Shown here in pieces: positions 43,391 through 57,975 of a stretch of DNA of 64,000 bases (its first letter is position 1; each line of letters starts with the position of its first letter). The translations under genes and the position numbers were made by a program. The notes beneath the pieces are model-generated. The model was not told the origin of the DNA. It ran no database searches and saw nothing but the letters and a program-made list of their open reading frames with translations. Where the stretch lies: assembly GCA_964016885.1 (NCBI GenBank), contig OZ024743.1:200012001-200076000 (forward strand). The letters run 5' to 3'. The DNA is from Eledone cirrhosa. Its lineage: Eukaryota.

Positions 43391-45838
43391 TAGTAGCTTT
43401 CACTGCTGTTATTGTTTGTGTTGTACTAGTTGCCTCTGTTTCAGCTGAACAAAGAAACACTGTATGTATACACATGCACTCTGCAAGTATACACCATACA
43501 GCTCTCTCTCTGTACTATACTTCAATTTGCTTTAGGGGACCCCGCTGTTCACTCTGTAATTATACTTACTATTATTGCTGTAAAGTGTAACGTGGTACAG
43601 TGATACAACCAACAGATCACTAGACTAAATGAGTTATAAAATTGACAAATTACAAACCGTGTATGTCTTTGTTGGTGTGCTTTGAAAAGAACATGCATGT
43701 CATCATGTCTTCTATTTTTATTGTTTTTACAATTCTATTTATTCTGGTGTAAGTCATTACTACTACATCGAGTGAATTGTTGTTCTTGTTATTGTTATTG
43801 TTGTTGTTTCTCCCTATATTCGCCCTGATAAAGACGATTTGACTTTTTTACTTTTTTATCTGTTACAGCCATATGGTTGAGACCAAGCTGGGGCACCGCC
43901 CTTGTGAACAAAGACATTAAAGCTATCATGAGCAGTTTTATTTTGAGGAACAACGTATCTCAATCTGCCTTAACTCTCAATGTTCTCTAATGAAGAGGCA
44001 GAAAATATCTAAAACTAGATTGGACGATTCAATGTTTGAAGCATCTTTATTAGTGGAGAGATCGTTGTGAAAAAAATATTCATTTTTAATGTGAGGCACT
44101 CATGATGTTTTGTAATTCTCAAGAATGTTCTTGCTAATAAAATTCAATGTAATACTGGACGCTAAGAGCTAAACAATGTTTCCTACTTTAACACCAATGT
44201 GCAGTTTTAGGGAGCTTTGGCAGATTTTTTAGCATATTAAACAAAATATCGAAGTAGCTTCATTGTTTTACTATAGTGTGTATAATTTTAAGCCTACATT
44301 CTGGTGTCAAATCATTACGCTGTCCACTTTACATTATATCCCTGCGTATTTGACGAGTTACTGAAATGTATAATTTCTTGCTGCACATCTCGCAACAGAA
44401 TTACATCTTTTTCAAATGATCTCTTTAGTTCAAAGTAGGATCCTTCTTTAATGCTTAAGAAAAAAAGATGCGTCAACGTTTGCCGCTGTCTTCTCTTCGA
44501 AAAAACGTCACACACGTGGTATTTTTATTCCTTGCGACATGGTATTTCTATTTCTATTGCGACATGGTATTCTACTCCTTCTATAGGATTTTCACCATGT
44601 TCAGCTATTCATAGGACGCTAGCAAAGGATGTTGCTGTAGTTGTTCCCTTCCACTTATTTATTAGGGGCGGTGGGTTTGTCGATTAAACCATTCCCAGTA
44701 GTCAATTGGTACTTTGGGTGGGTGAAAGATGTCTTCTCTTGTGAAAATAGGTATAGCTTTCATTATGTAAAATCTCCCCATTTTGCCTAAATTCTCCACG
44801 TTTTGGGGCACTTTTTTCCATGGTACTCTCCTCTTGGGTTTTTAGAGGTTGGTAGGTCTGCCAAGATGAAAGCTGAAAGGTAAAGTCTACATCCCGCCGA
44901 GGTTAACTTTGCCTTTCATCCTTACGGGGTCGATAAAATAAAGTACCAGTTATACACTGGCATAATTGCTGGCCTTGTGCCCAAAGTAGAAACAATTATT
45001 AGATTATTAGAATTCAATCACAGAAAATAAAAGCACATAATTAATTACCGCAAAATATTTTGTCCGAATAATGATTTTCCAATGCATATGTTTTAGAATT
45101 TTGGATTAATTATTGTGAATTATTATCAACACTGATGACTAGTGTGGAATTAGATCTCAAGATGTCAACAGCCATAATTAAACACGTCAATCTAAAGATT
45201 CAACCAACGACTATCTATTTGCTATCCATCGCTTCTCTACTTCCAGACGCCTAAATATGTAACAGCTACCTCCTTTAGCTCGTTAAACTCAAAACTAATG
45301 TCTAAATCTCACCCTTGACCGCAAAGTGGAATAATCAGCAACTCCAAACCACCAAAGTTTCAATTTCTATTATTATTTCTTTTATTGTATCACTTTAGTT
45401 TACGAAATATATAAATACATAAAATAAAATGCAGACACAAATACGTAGGCATCCCCTGTTGACCTCAAACCGGAAGTATTTTTTATGAATTCTTCAGACG
45501 TGCGGAGATTTTCCTATAGTTATTGCATTTACTGGCATGAGACCAGAAAAAAACCCACACCAGTCAGGGAGGAACTACAAAAGCCATAAACAGAGCTCCT
45601 CCTCCTCCTTCTCCTCTACCTACCCAATCCTCATCCTCTACCACTGACTAATTAATAAAAAATTAACAAACAAACAAACAAAAAAAAACACAAAAACAAA
45701 AAATGGTGCTTTCATTTGTTTATTTGTTTCCTCCTGTGCTAAGCTCGTTAAATGTGATAAGAGTAAAACCAGAGGCGGATTAATCCCTAAAAAATAACAA
45801 CAAAATGAGTATATCCCATATGTGATAAACGTTGGTGA

Positions 45839-45882
<44 letters not shown>

Positions 45883-46826
45883 CGTTAATGTGATTGTCAG
45901 TAACTTTCTGCCATTTAGATATACAATCACCTCAGAGGGGAATATAGCTTTTTTCAGCAATCAAAACCCGTGATAGGGTTTCGATTCTAGGCTGCAACTG
46001 TTTTTCTTCACTTACGCTTCTAAAGTTAATAAGAGCAAACTCGCCCCATCCTAATATTTATACATACAATGGCGGTGGATTGGCAATATCGGTAGAGCGT
46101 CGGACACCATGATTTGCAGCATAGAGTTATGGTCCTTTACAGTCTGAGTTCAAATCCCGCCGAAGTTAACTTTGCCTTTCATCCATACGGGGTCGATAAA
46201 ATAAAGAACCAGTAATGCTCTGGTGTCGATTTCATCGACCCCCCCCCCCCCCAAGAAAAAATGACCTTGTGTCTATAGTAGAATGAATTGGCAGTATCGG
46301 CAGTATCGCCATGCTTTCTAGCATAGTTACGTCCCTTTACGGTCTGAGTTCAAATCCCGCCGAGGTTAACTTTGCCTTTCATCCTTACGGGGTCGATAAA
46401 ATAAAGTACCAGTAATGCACTGGTTAATTGCTGGTCTTGTGCCAAAAGTAGAAACAATTATTTATACATACACACACTCGTACACACTATATATATACAT
46501 GTATGTGTAAGTATGTATGTATGTGCGTATGTGTTTGTTTGTCTGTGCGTACGTCTGTGTGTGAGTGTGTGTGTGCGTGTGTGTACGTGTAGTTATTTTG
46601 TTGTTTTATTAATTTCATTAAGATTTCCTTAAAAACAAACTACGGCCATGCTGGAGTACCGCCTTGATTTCTTCCACCATATCGGCCCCCAGTGCTTATT
46701 TCATATGGACTTTTTTGTCGAACCACTCCACTAAGACAATAAACACAAACAGAAACGTAAGTACAAACACAGATATACTTGTACATACACACGTACACAT
46801 ACACTCATATATATATATAGTATATA

Positions 46827-46866
<40 letters not shown>

Positions 46867-47111
46867 AGGTAAATATCTCTCTGAGTACTAAGTAGCTGGT
46901 AGTTGGCAATATATTTGCAGACTGTGGGATTAGTTTCCTACTGTATGGAAATAACTATCTGATGAACTTTACTTTTCCGTTAGAAATTCTCTGAATCTCT
47001 AACCTTTTGTAAAGCGAAACCGCCGGTAATAGCATTATGAACGGGTAAATATTTAAATTATTTTTTTCATTTTTTTAAAGAATTGTTTAATGTTTGTTTG
47101 TTCTGCTCTTC

Positions 47112-47159
<48 letters not shown>

Positions 47160-47416
47160 AAAAGAAATAAGATTTCGCTTCAAGCACGGCTTTATACGAT
47201 ATGTTTAGAAGTTTCGTATTTCTAAAGAAATAAGGTTTTAGGAAGCCGTAGCTATGCAAACACCGGGGGGGGGGGGGTCAACGCCCTCTGGTGGTGTCCA
47301 GCAGAAGCAAGGGGGACAACCGTCTATGCATTTCAGGCTTGACTGGCCTTCGTCAGGACGGTCCCTCCCACCGCTAGCTATTGCTGGACTTTAGAAATAC
47401 GAAATTTATATACATA

Positions 47417-47494
<78 letters not shown>

Positions 47495-47855
47495 GGCATG
47501 TATAGATATATATATGTCTCCCTCTTCCGTCTCCCCCCCCTCCACCCACCACCACCCCTACACGCCTCACACCCTTTCACCACTTGTTTCATTTAAATTT
47601 ATTTAACCCTCTAAAATAAATTGTTTTCCTCCCTTTCCCCCCTCTTTTTAATGTCTTTCCACCACTTCCCCTCACACCCTCGGAACTCTTTTCCTGTCCA
47701 CTTTCTCCTGATGCCCGAAACGTCACCCCCCCACACACACACACTCTCAAGCGTGAAACTAATAGTAACATTTTGTATTGCCTCTTCGCTTCCACGTAGT
47801 TTTTTTGTTTTTTGTTTACTCTCTCAACTATAATATATATATACATATATATATA

Positions 47856-48034
47856 TATAATAAACAATACAATATAATTACCTCATTACCAGAGGTTTCT
47901 CGAATAAGACGAATACGAAAAACGTCCTCATTCGTTCGTCGGACAAGGCAATGAACGAATGAGGACGTTTTTCGTATTCGTCTTATTCGGGAAACCTCTG
48001 GTAATGAGGTAATTATATTGTATTGTTTATTATA
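47856..48034. repeat. Fold-back palindrome with ~82-bp arms and a hammerhead-like right arm
   Basis: The arms are near-perfect. The right arm has ATGAGGA..GAA ACCTC tggtaat GAGGT A. Confidence 0.9.
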
Positions 48035-48110
48035 CATTAAATTTTGCTCTGGTACTTACATAGAGCACTCTTCACTCCTATGACTTTTTCAATTTTCAAC
48101 GGAGACTTCA

Positions 48111-48176
<66 letters not shown>

Positions 48177-48181
48177 GCATG

Positions 48182-48328
<147 letters not shown>

Positions 48329-48365
48329 GTATATATATATGTATATGTATATATATATGTATATA

Positions 48366-48407
<42 letters not shown>

Positions 48408-49599
48408 ATTTGTTGGTGCCATTATTAATAACCAGTTTCCTGTCATGTAATCCCTTTAATAACTGATTATGACTACATACACACGTGGCCATTTACCATA
48501 CAAGAAAGGGCTTTTCCTGTAAAGTCGCTTTCAGATTACATATTACTGTCTAATAAAAGGGAGATTATATAAAACAATCTAGTTCCTGATAGTCATGGCT
48601 GGAACACATTTATCCTAGGTATATTCGACTAGAATAGGCATAAGAGCCAAGGATAGGCATGAGGCCCAAACAAGAACAGCGCCCAACATCACACAATAGA
48701 ACGAGGGAAGTATTTGTAAGTTTGCTTGATAATTATATATTATGATTTGTGATTTAGGCACAAGGCCAGAAATTCTGGGGAGGGGGAAAGTCGATTAAAT
48801 CGACCTCAGTGTGTTACTGGTGCTTTATTTTATCAACCCTATAAGGGTGAATGGCAAAGCGAGCCTCAGCGGGATTTGAACTCAGAACATAAAGGCCCGT
48901 AACTATATATTAAATTAGTATACTTGGCTGTGAGTAAAGACCTCAGTAACAATCTATAAAAGCTAGTGTTTTCAGACAAAGAAACTGACCAGTAATACTT
49001 ACCTTACACTCACAATGAGTATGCGGAACATAAAAACTATGCAAGACAATTTTACAAGTTCAACATATGACATTCGTCACAATTTTGCCAAAAATATAGG
49101 ATATTTAAGTGAAACTTTCAATGTATCGTTTTTACAGAACTTTTACAGAATTTATATGATACCGGAAAATCTAAATCATTTTTCAAGAATAAATTATCTC
49201 TCTGATCCGTCGTTGCTTTAGAATAACACATCTCGCACATAGACTAAGAAAGACCTGGAATTTGAACCAGAAAATACCTTTACTGAAGATGCTACAATGT
49301 CTTCATCTTTATATTCTCTTATTACTCCTTTGTCATCTTTATTCCATTTTACCTTTTCATCCTTTCCAATTATTATTGCCTTTCGTTTCATCTCCCTACT
49401 TCCTCCATTTCTGACAGTGGATAATAATTCTTTGACTCTTTCATGATGTCACATTATTCAAATTACCCTGGCCCTATTAGTTATAAAGCATTGTTGATGA
49501 GTGACTGTTGTGATTTTATATGTAACTTCCAATTTACGGACAACTCACCAGCTCTGTGCTCGAACCAAATCTGTTCTCTCTGTTCGCTTTGAGGCGAAG

Positions 49600-49735
49600 A
49601 ATTCGTGTACGCTCTAACAAAGAAAAGAAAATTGGAAATGTTCAAAGCCTGTTTAATTTTCGTAATTGAATCTGAAGATGAGATGCTACGAAACCATCTT
49701 GAAAATTATTTAGCTAATGGTCATCCTGAATATCT
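49600..49735 (+). pseudogene. hAT transposase relic (THAP12/ZMYM1-like, DUF4371 region)
   Basis: With one frameshift it reads GNVQSLFNFR..ESEDEMLRNHLENYLANG, resembling the GNFxALLxFR..GDxxLxxHL..NA motif. Short and degenerate. Confidence 0.45.
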
Positions 49736-51224
49736 TTTCTGCTTGAATAATTTTACCATATTGACCGCTTCGATTAAAACACAACATGTTCAATATTTAG
49801 AATCTGTTTCAGCCACCTTATTACATTTTCTCTCGTAATCTGTGCCTGTTATAATGTCAAATAATAGATCCTTTTATGTGAGCTAAACACTCTATAATAG
49901 CTGCAACGTGTGAGTAGGTAGGTGGATTACAGACTCTGGATTCATAGATAATGGGTTCGTATCTCACAATGAACAGCAATTCAGTTATATCAACCTAACC
50001 AACAATTTTTATTTGTTATTTGATAGTATTTAATGATATTTAGCTAATAAGATATATTTTGTTAATAACAAACGCTGGTGGATTGGCAGAATCGTTAATA
50101 TTTCGTAGTATTTGTTCCAGTATTAAGTTCTGAGATGAAATCCCGCCGAGGTTAGCGTTGCCTTTCAACCTTACGGGGTTGAGAAAATAAAGTACCAGTA
50201 ATGCACTGGGTCGATTTAATCGACTCCCTCACCCTCCCAAATTGCTGCCCTTGTGCCTAAATTAGAAATCATCATTATTGCTGCTGTTATTCTTGTTGCT
50301 GTTGCCTTTATGTTGTAACGTGAACAGAAGTATTTTTACAACAGCTTCAAGAAAATTCTATCATTATCAACTTTTACTAGATGATTTTTAATAAAATTAT
50401 TTCACAAATTCCTTAACGTGAATGTCAATCCAAATGCCTAGTCTTGACAAAAGCTCTGTCTTTTAAATATTTTATTTTTCCAGATTTTTCTTATGTACAC
50501 TCTATTCAATATGGTATCTACTTGAATCAAAGTAAGTGACACTATTGGGTGAATAGCACTGGATAAAACGCAAATAACGAAACAAATTCTTGAATAGATG
50601 AAAAACGAATTAAAGAAAAATACATGAAGTGATGCCAATCGAACCAAACCAGTTACAATTACAAACAATAAAAATTTGCTCGGGGATTATCGTAAGATAG
50701 AAAGTAATATGAGAATCACCGCAAGGAATAATGTAACCCGGGGATTATCGTAAGAGAGAACGTAATATGAGGGTCACTACAAGTGACAATGTAACTTGAG
50801 GATCATCATATGGCACAATATAACACAAGGCTCACCGCAAGCGACATTGGTAGCAATATTCTGACTTGCCACAACGATTCCCTTTTTGACACAGAACGGG
50901 TTGGTGGTGAGTAGGTGACATTGAATGACATGTGTTCCGGTGGAATCTGTATGAACGTACATCTTGTGGAGAACCACCTACTCACCCCAACACCACTGAA
51001 TAATCCGAGATCGATAAACTAAAGAAATAACCACGTACTGTCACCTATACAATCCACTGTTCCTTTAAAAGAAAGTTTCTGGCAATACATGGAAAAAAAC
51101 ATCATTACTGTTGTGTTGTTGATGTAGTAGCCACAGTTTAGGTCACCGAAGATTGGAGACAATATATTGTTAGCATAAGTAATGTATAATGATCTATCTC
51201 TCTCTTTCTATCACACGCTCTCTG

Positions 51225-51337
<113 letters not shown>

Positions 51338-51571
51338 AGAGATGTGAGAAAAACCACAGACCCTCCATCTCAACTCTACTTTTGAAAAGCAGAAGAACTG
51401 TGAAACCGGTAAAGGAACCAAATAAATATATATATTTTTTTTAAAAATAAGACCCCAGTTGCATTTTCGATTTCATCTCTTTTTCTTTATACTTTTACTC
51501 GTGTAGGACACCTCGGTTATTTTTCATTTTGTAAAAAATCCTCACTTTCTAATAATAATAATAATAATAAT

Positions 51572-51609
<38 letters not shown>

Positions 51610-51698
51610 ATAATAATAAATTTGAAGACTAAAATCCAAAGAGGGCTCGATAAGGATAAATATATATCAAATATATAAGAACCGTAGAGCAAATATTT

Positions 51699-53190
51699 AT
51701 TAAAATAACAGATTAAAGTTTAAGCAAAGAATCGCTGCTTTCACCCTTAACGGGATCTTCTGAAACTAACAAAGTCAATCTGTAAACGCAGAAGTGGATA
51801 TTTCAAAAAACGTTGCAACCGGAGGAAGACAGGAAGACGATACTTTGGTTCGTGGAAACGTTCGCCGGCTAAGAACGGGAAAAAACGAATATAATACGTC
51901 ATTAATAGGAGCGGTGAAAAACAATTACGCGCAAAGACAGAACCACGTTTATGGTATAATAGAGGTCGTAGACTAATGTTCTCTGAGGTGGTGCATAGAG
52001 ACTTCTCTGGCGATGAACGAAAAAAACGAAGATAATACGTCATATGTGGATCGTGGAGAACAATAGCACGCAAAGACTCAACGCCACAGACCACATCTTA
52101 AACAAAAAATCTGAGGCAATTTCGGCTTGTAAACATAAATTGCACAAAACTTTCCTGTATTACAGCCCCACGTTATACCCTAACGGATAGTACGATCTAT
52201 ACGTGGATATTTTACGTCTCGATGTGGGAGCTAAGTATATGTTTTGTTTATACCTTTACTTATTTGCATAGGTAAGTATATATTATCCGTATGTTTTGTG
52301 AAGGTACGTATACCTTCTCGTACGTATATTTGATTGTTATGGCGTATAATTTTTTTATATATTCTGGTACATATGGTTCGGCTATGTGTATACGGGAGTT
52401 TTGCGTCTGTGTGAGTATGCAGGTTCGTACGTATGTAGGGCGTGTGTATATGTGTACTTCATGTTTTGGTTGACTTACGTCTCCAAACTTTCGTGTATTT
52501 ACATGTAGGTATGTGTGTGCGCTTGTTATATACGTATTTATTTATTTATATACGTTTATATAATTATTTATTTATTTGTATACACGCTTACACACACACA
52601 CATATTTATATGTGCGTGGCTTTGTTTACCTATGGTAAGATTTTGCGTATGCTTGTGTATGTACGTTTCTGTTTGCGTGTATGTATTTATTTACTTCTAT
52701 TACTTCTGTATTGTATTTATTTACTTTGTTCTTAACTCCGTAGCGGAGATTCATTCGGTCTCCTAGTTAGAATTTAGTCTACGACTTCTGCTATACCATT
52801 TACGTGGTTTTGTCTTTGCGTGCTATTGTTCTACACGCTCCACATATGACGTATTATCTTCGTTTTTTTCGTTCATCGCCAGAGAAGTCTCTATGCACCA
52901 CCTAAGAGAACATTAGTCTACGACCTCTATTATACCATAAACGTGGTTCTGTCTTTGCGTGTAATTGTTTTTCACCGCTCCTATTAATGACGTATTATAT
53001 TCGTTTTTTCCCGTTCTTAGCCGGCGAACGTTTCCACGAACCAAAGTATCGTCTTCCTGTCTTCCTCCGGTTGCAACGTTTTTTGAAATATCCACTCCTG
53101 CATTTACAGATTGACTTTGTTAGTTACAGAAGATCCCGTTAAGGGTGAAAGCAGCGATTCTTTGCTTAAACTTTAATCTGTTATTTTAAT
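51699..53190. mobile_element. Non-coding PLE-type element with ~380-bp inverted arms and internal ~140-bp direct repeats
   Basis: 51699-52077 is the reverse complement of 52812-53190; the ORF track shows the near-identical peptides at 51794+ and 53095-. Hammerhead-like motif near each outer end, (TA)n flanks. Confidence 0.8.
53120..53173 (+). ncRNA. Hammerhead-like motif with a CAGAAGA core; mirror copy at ~51716-51769 (-)
   Basis: agtt(t/a) CAGAAGA t ccc gttaa ggg t GAA AGCA..TGCT T aaact. All three stems are present, with a U4-to-A change in both arms. Confidence 0.55.
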
Positions 53191-53249
<59 letters not shown>

Positions 53250-53254
<5 letters not shown>

Positions 53255-53770
53255 ACTAGAAATAGATTGACATATATATATATATAAAATAAACATATGG
53301 AACAATCACAGGGAATAATTTGTAAAGTGTGTAAGCGCACATAGCTAGGTAGGTAACTAATTAAAGTTTAACTAGAACTTCAAATATAGATACCTGTTAA
53401 AATGATTAATCTCCTTTGTATATATTTCTTAAAATAAAAATATATATTTCACCAATTAATCAGTAAATCACAGAGGTCAAATCCTGGATGCTGTGTAAAC
53501 GCAGATGGCTGGATCTTCTCCTTTGGTGACCATCCAGGATTTGACCTCTGTGATTTACTGATTAATTGGTGAAATATATTTTTTATTTGAAGAAATATAT
53601 ACAAAGGAGATTAATCATTTTAAAAGGTATCTATATTTGAAGTTCTAGTTAAACTTTAATTAATTACCTACCTAGCTATGTGTGCTTACACACTTTACAA
53701 ATTATTCCCTGTGATTGTTCCATATGTTTATTTCAAATATATATATATGTCAATCTATTTCTAGTTGATA
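53250..53770. repeat. Fold-back palindrome with ~240-bp arms and a 40-bp spacer
   Basis: 53250-53490 is the reverse complement of 53531-53770 with few mismatches. Confidence 0.92.
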
Positions 53771-54104
53771 TAAAATGCTCGGATCTATTCATTGGAATCT
53801 TTGAGCTTATTCTGCAGTGGATATGGCGCATGGCTCTCAGACATGACAACCTTTAATTTAATTTAATTTTGTGTGTATATATATATATATTTTTTTCTTT
53901 ATTTTTTTGAGTATATGTTGGTTGCCTTGCCTCAGAAAAAAAATTCTATAGACTTTTGACTGAGGAATGTTCTCACAACTGACCAATGGGAGGAGAATGT
54001 CCTATGATGCCGAAATTCGTTTGTTCGAATTCATATGATTCCGGGTTGAATCGGAGGTAACCATAGTAAGTAAGGTACTCAATACTTAGCAGAGTATAAA
54101 TGTT

Positions 54105-54203
54105 TTAATATAGAAGAGCTTCTACAGGACTTGAACTGTTACATTCGTGAGAAACATTTCTCACGAATGAAACAGTTCTAGTCCTGTATAAACTCTTCTA
54201 TAT

Positions 54204-54206
<3 letters not shown>
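54105..54206. repeat. Fold-back palindrome centred just upstream of GAAAC
   Basis: ttaatatagaagag..attcgtgagaaa ca tttctcacgaat GAAAC..ctcttctatattaa. Confidence 0.88.
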
Positions 54207-54244
<38 letters not shown>

Positions 54245-55450
54245 ACAAAGAAGGTGTGGTAAGATACTAGGTGGACAATAACGCACCAAAGTACTCGATA
54301 CTTAGGGTAGTAGAGTGGGTAATAGGAAAAGAGTCAGGACCCCGACGGCTGAGCTCCGGCCGTTTCGACAGCTAGATCCGAACGGATATATATATATATA
54401 TATATATATTATGTGTGTGTATATACATACATGGTGGCTGCCAACTCGTTTTCGAGTACGGCCACTACTTTATATCCATGTAGGAGAACCCCTACCGATG
54501 CGCTGAACGAGTGTGACTTTTTCGTCCAGCCAGCTACTTGAAAACTCTGGTACAAACACTACACGTGTGACAATTATTGACACATAGTGCTGGGCCCATG
54601 GCACGATGTGACGACAAGTGCAGAGAGATCTCCAGATATAAAGCAATGCCTGTGCCGTGAAGCTTTTATAGTGAGCAAAGGCACTGCACAAAGCCAGTCC
54701 CACTCTCTTAATCAAGATGATATTTACCAAAAAGAAGAACAAGTCAACATCATTGGATACCATCAGGGTTGCAGGTGTTATATCAGAGTTTTCCTTCTCC
54801 TAGAATTCTGCCTTGACAAAGGCTAAGGGGTCATCTTTCTAGGTGATTTTGGATGGCCATTGACTCTTAAGAGCTCCTTTGCCCTTTGACAGGTTTTGTT
54901 TTTAGTCCTGCAGGATGTCCAAAGTCACCCTCCTCACCAAGAAACCTTGGTGGGGTTGCCAGTTTAGTCGCCAACGACCCGACCATGAGACAGGTTGTAC
55001 TTGGATACATGTTACCAGTAGCACCAACTGGTGACCTGACACACATATACATACATACATACATACATACATACATACATACATACATACATACATACGT
55101 ATATATATATATATATGTGTGTGTGTATATATGTATTACACATAAACGGCGGATAACAGAGGCCACGTACCGTTCCTTTCAGACAAATAACTTACCCCCA
55201 CGGAAAACCTCCAGTTGATGGATGCGAAATCCGAAATATAAGGACAATAAATCTCTCCCAAGGTAACTCTATCTCGTGTTATTACTTTTATTTTACGCTC
55301 TTTCCTACATTCCTCTACACACTATACATCTCATTCTACATTTCCTCTTACATCTCTCTCTTCACCACCGGATTCTGTTACCCGGAGATTTACCCATCTG
55401 CATTGTTGAGGTTTCCAAAACGACCAAATATATATATATATATATTATGT

Positions 55451-55579
<129 letters not shown>

Positions 55580-55787
55580 TATACATATACATATACACAT
55601 ACATGCAGTGTGCCTAACCTTATTTGTTACAGGTTTTCTATAGAACCAATCCAGGAAACTAATACTGCACAATGATAGTGTCATTGTGATATATATCCTA
55701 TAGGGTTTCCTCACTCAAATTCGCCATTTTCTTTTACCGTCATTAGACTGTAGCTATGCTGGGACATTGCTTTGATATCGACTCTAG

Positions 55788-56096
55788 TAGGGCCGGATTT
55801 AATGAGGAGAAAAGGGGGAAATTGTCCACAACCCCCAGCAAAGGGATGGGGAGGAACCAACGACGGCCGTAGCAATTTATTTGTACCCTCAGCTGAGTTT
55901 TTAGGTTTAGGATTGTTAGAATTTTATGAATTTAATATCTGTATGTATAAATTTTCAATTTGAATTTTTTACGGCAAGCTAACTTTGATATGTAAAATTG
56001 GGAGGCAGGGTTTGCTATCTATTCTAAGTTTTTGTGTATGAGTTGTCATAAAACCCGAAGCACACCCTTTCCCCGCCAGGTCTAAATCCAACCGTG
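55788..56096. mobile_element. hAT-type MITE (309 bp) with an 8-bp target-site duplication
   Basis: Imperfect 14-bp TIRs TAGGGCCGGATTTA / TAAATCCAACCGTG (10/14 match), flanked by GACTCTAG (55780-55787) and GACTCCAG (56097-56104). Confidence 0.75.
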
Positions 56097-56942
56097 GACT
56101 CCAGTAATTATATATGTTTTTCTCCTGGCAACTTATTGCACTGGTTTCTTTTTTATCGTACAATAAACACACACAGACACAAACGTAAACATAGACATAT
56201 GTCACGATAACTTTCACTAAGAATTATCTTAAGTGTGCACATATCTATGGAATACTCTACTGCATGCATGTAAATTTCCCAAACAAGCTAACCCGTTGAC
56301 GAGGTATCTGGTATACTCTTCGTCGTAAACGGTGCAGGTCCAACACATGAACACACGCACACAAACACGCATACAAACAATCACACAGACCCCCTACAGA
56401 CACACTCTCTCTCTCTCGCTTTCTCTCTCGCTCTCTCGCTTTCTCTTTCTCTCTCTCTCACAAACACACACGCACACACATTAACGGTGTCAAAGGAAAA
56501 TGGACACAAAGTAACATTTTCGCGCCCTCTCTACTAAAACATTTCATGTAATATTGATTACTTCCCCCTAGCTGAAACCCTCAAATGTTAAATACTCTTT
56601 GTGGTGATGTAAAAGCATTGACAAAAACTGTCTGATAAATCAGAAACTGCAACGATTTGTCTCCAAGTGTTAAGCTTAATAATTGTTTCTACTTTAGGCA
56701 CAAGGCCAGCAAATACCCAGTGCATTACTGGTACTTTATTTTATCGTACTGGTACTTTATTTTATCGACCCCGTAAGGATGAAAGGCAAAGTCAACCTCG
56801 GCGGGATTTGAAAGTGTTAAGCTTAATAATATAAGTAAATGTATATTATTATACTGCCATCATATAGCATTACGTTCGCACGTTTACACACGCTCAAACA
56901 CAGACTAATTTTATTTGTGCGCATATACTGTTAATATTGTTA

Positions 56943-57010
<68 letters not shown>

Positions 57011-57937
57011 GTATGTGGTGTATGTATCTATGTAGATTTATTTATCTACAGTCTACGATATAAAGATATATGAGTATATATCTATGTACAGTCTACATTA
57101 TAAATATACATATACATGTATTTATATATTATACATATATGCATATATACATGTGTATGTATCTATGTCTCTGTATTTGTATGAATGTATATATATATAT
57201 ATATACACACACACAAACACTTATATATATATGTGTGTGTGTGTGCGTGTGTATGTGTGTGTGTGTGTGCGTGTGTGTATGTGTGTGTGTGTCTGTCTGT
57301 TTGTCTTTACATTAGAATATATGATACTATAAAAGACGGGTATAAATTTTTAAAAAATGACGTCTTTTATCTTATGGAGCTATATGATACTATAACGATA
57401 AATGCTACTAAAAGGTTCGCACGTTATGTGTATGGGAATATTTATAGTAGTTAGTTTATAGTTGTGTGTATTTGTGATATCATATTTAATAGCGAGCAAG
57501 TATGTATTCAGGAGATCGCAGATATGTCGGCAAATGATAGTGCAATTGCAATGTTGTATTCACCAGCATACTCATTCATACACTCATGTATATGTTATCA
57601 TGTACGATTATTTACGAATACTTACATACCAGCACCAGACATCTGTCTATTCACACACACACTCATAGATGTGTGTGTAGTACTATATTGATATGTATTA
57701 TATATATATATATTAATAAAAGGAATTCCAACTGTCTGATTTACTCGTTTTATTTACAATCCTTTAAAATTATAATGATATTATAATGAAAGAGTATGGT
57801 AGAATATTAAATGTTAAATGTTAATTAAACAAGTACTTTCATGCTTTCGCAATCTTCAGGTTCATATTCAGTGTTGACAGTCAAGTTTGCAATTTTATAT
57901 ATATGTGTGTGTGTGGTGGTGGGGAGTCTATACGTAA

Positions 57938-57975
<38 letters not shown>

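Noticed and set aside
42855-45600. Promoter-like motifs: AAAATGGCGG (YY1-like, ~42859), CCGGAAGT (ETS-like, ~45470), GGAACTACA (~45571)
   Set aside because: Short motifs are expected by chance in 64 kb, and no linked exon or CpG-rich region is visible.
50681-50992. 33-bp direct repeat, a short inverted repeat and a 66-aa ORF
   Set aside because: Too short, with no recognisable motif or splice structure to support a feature call.
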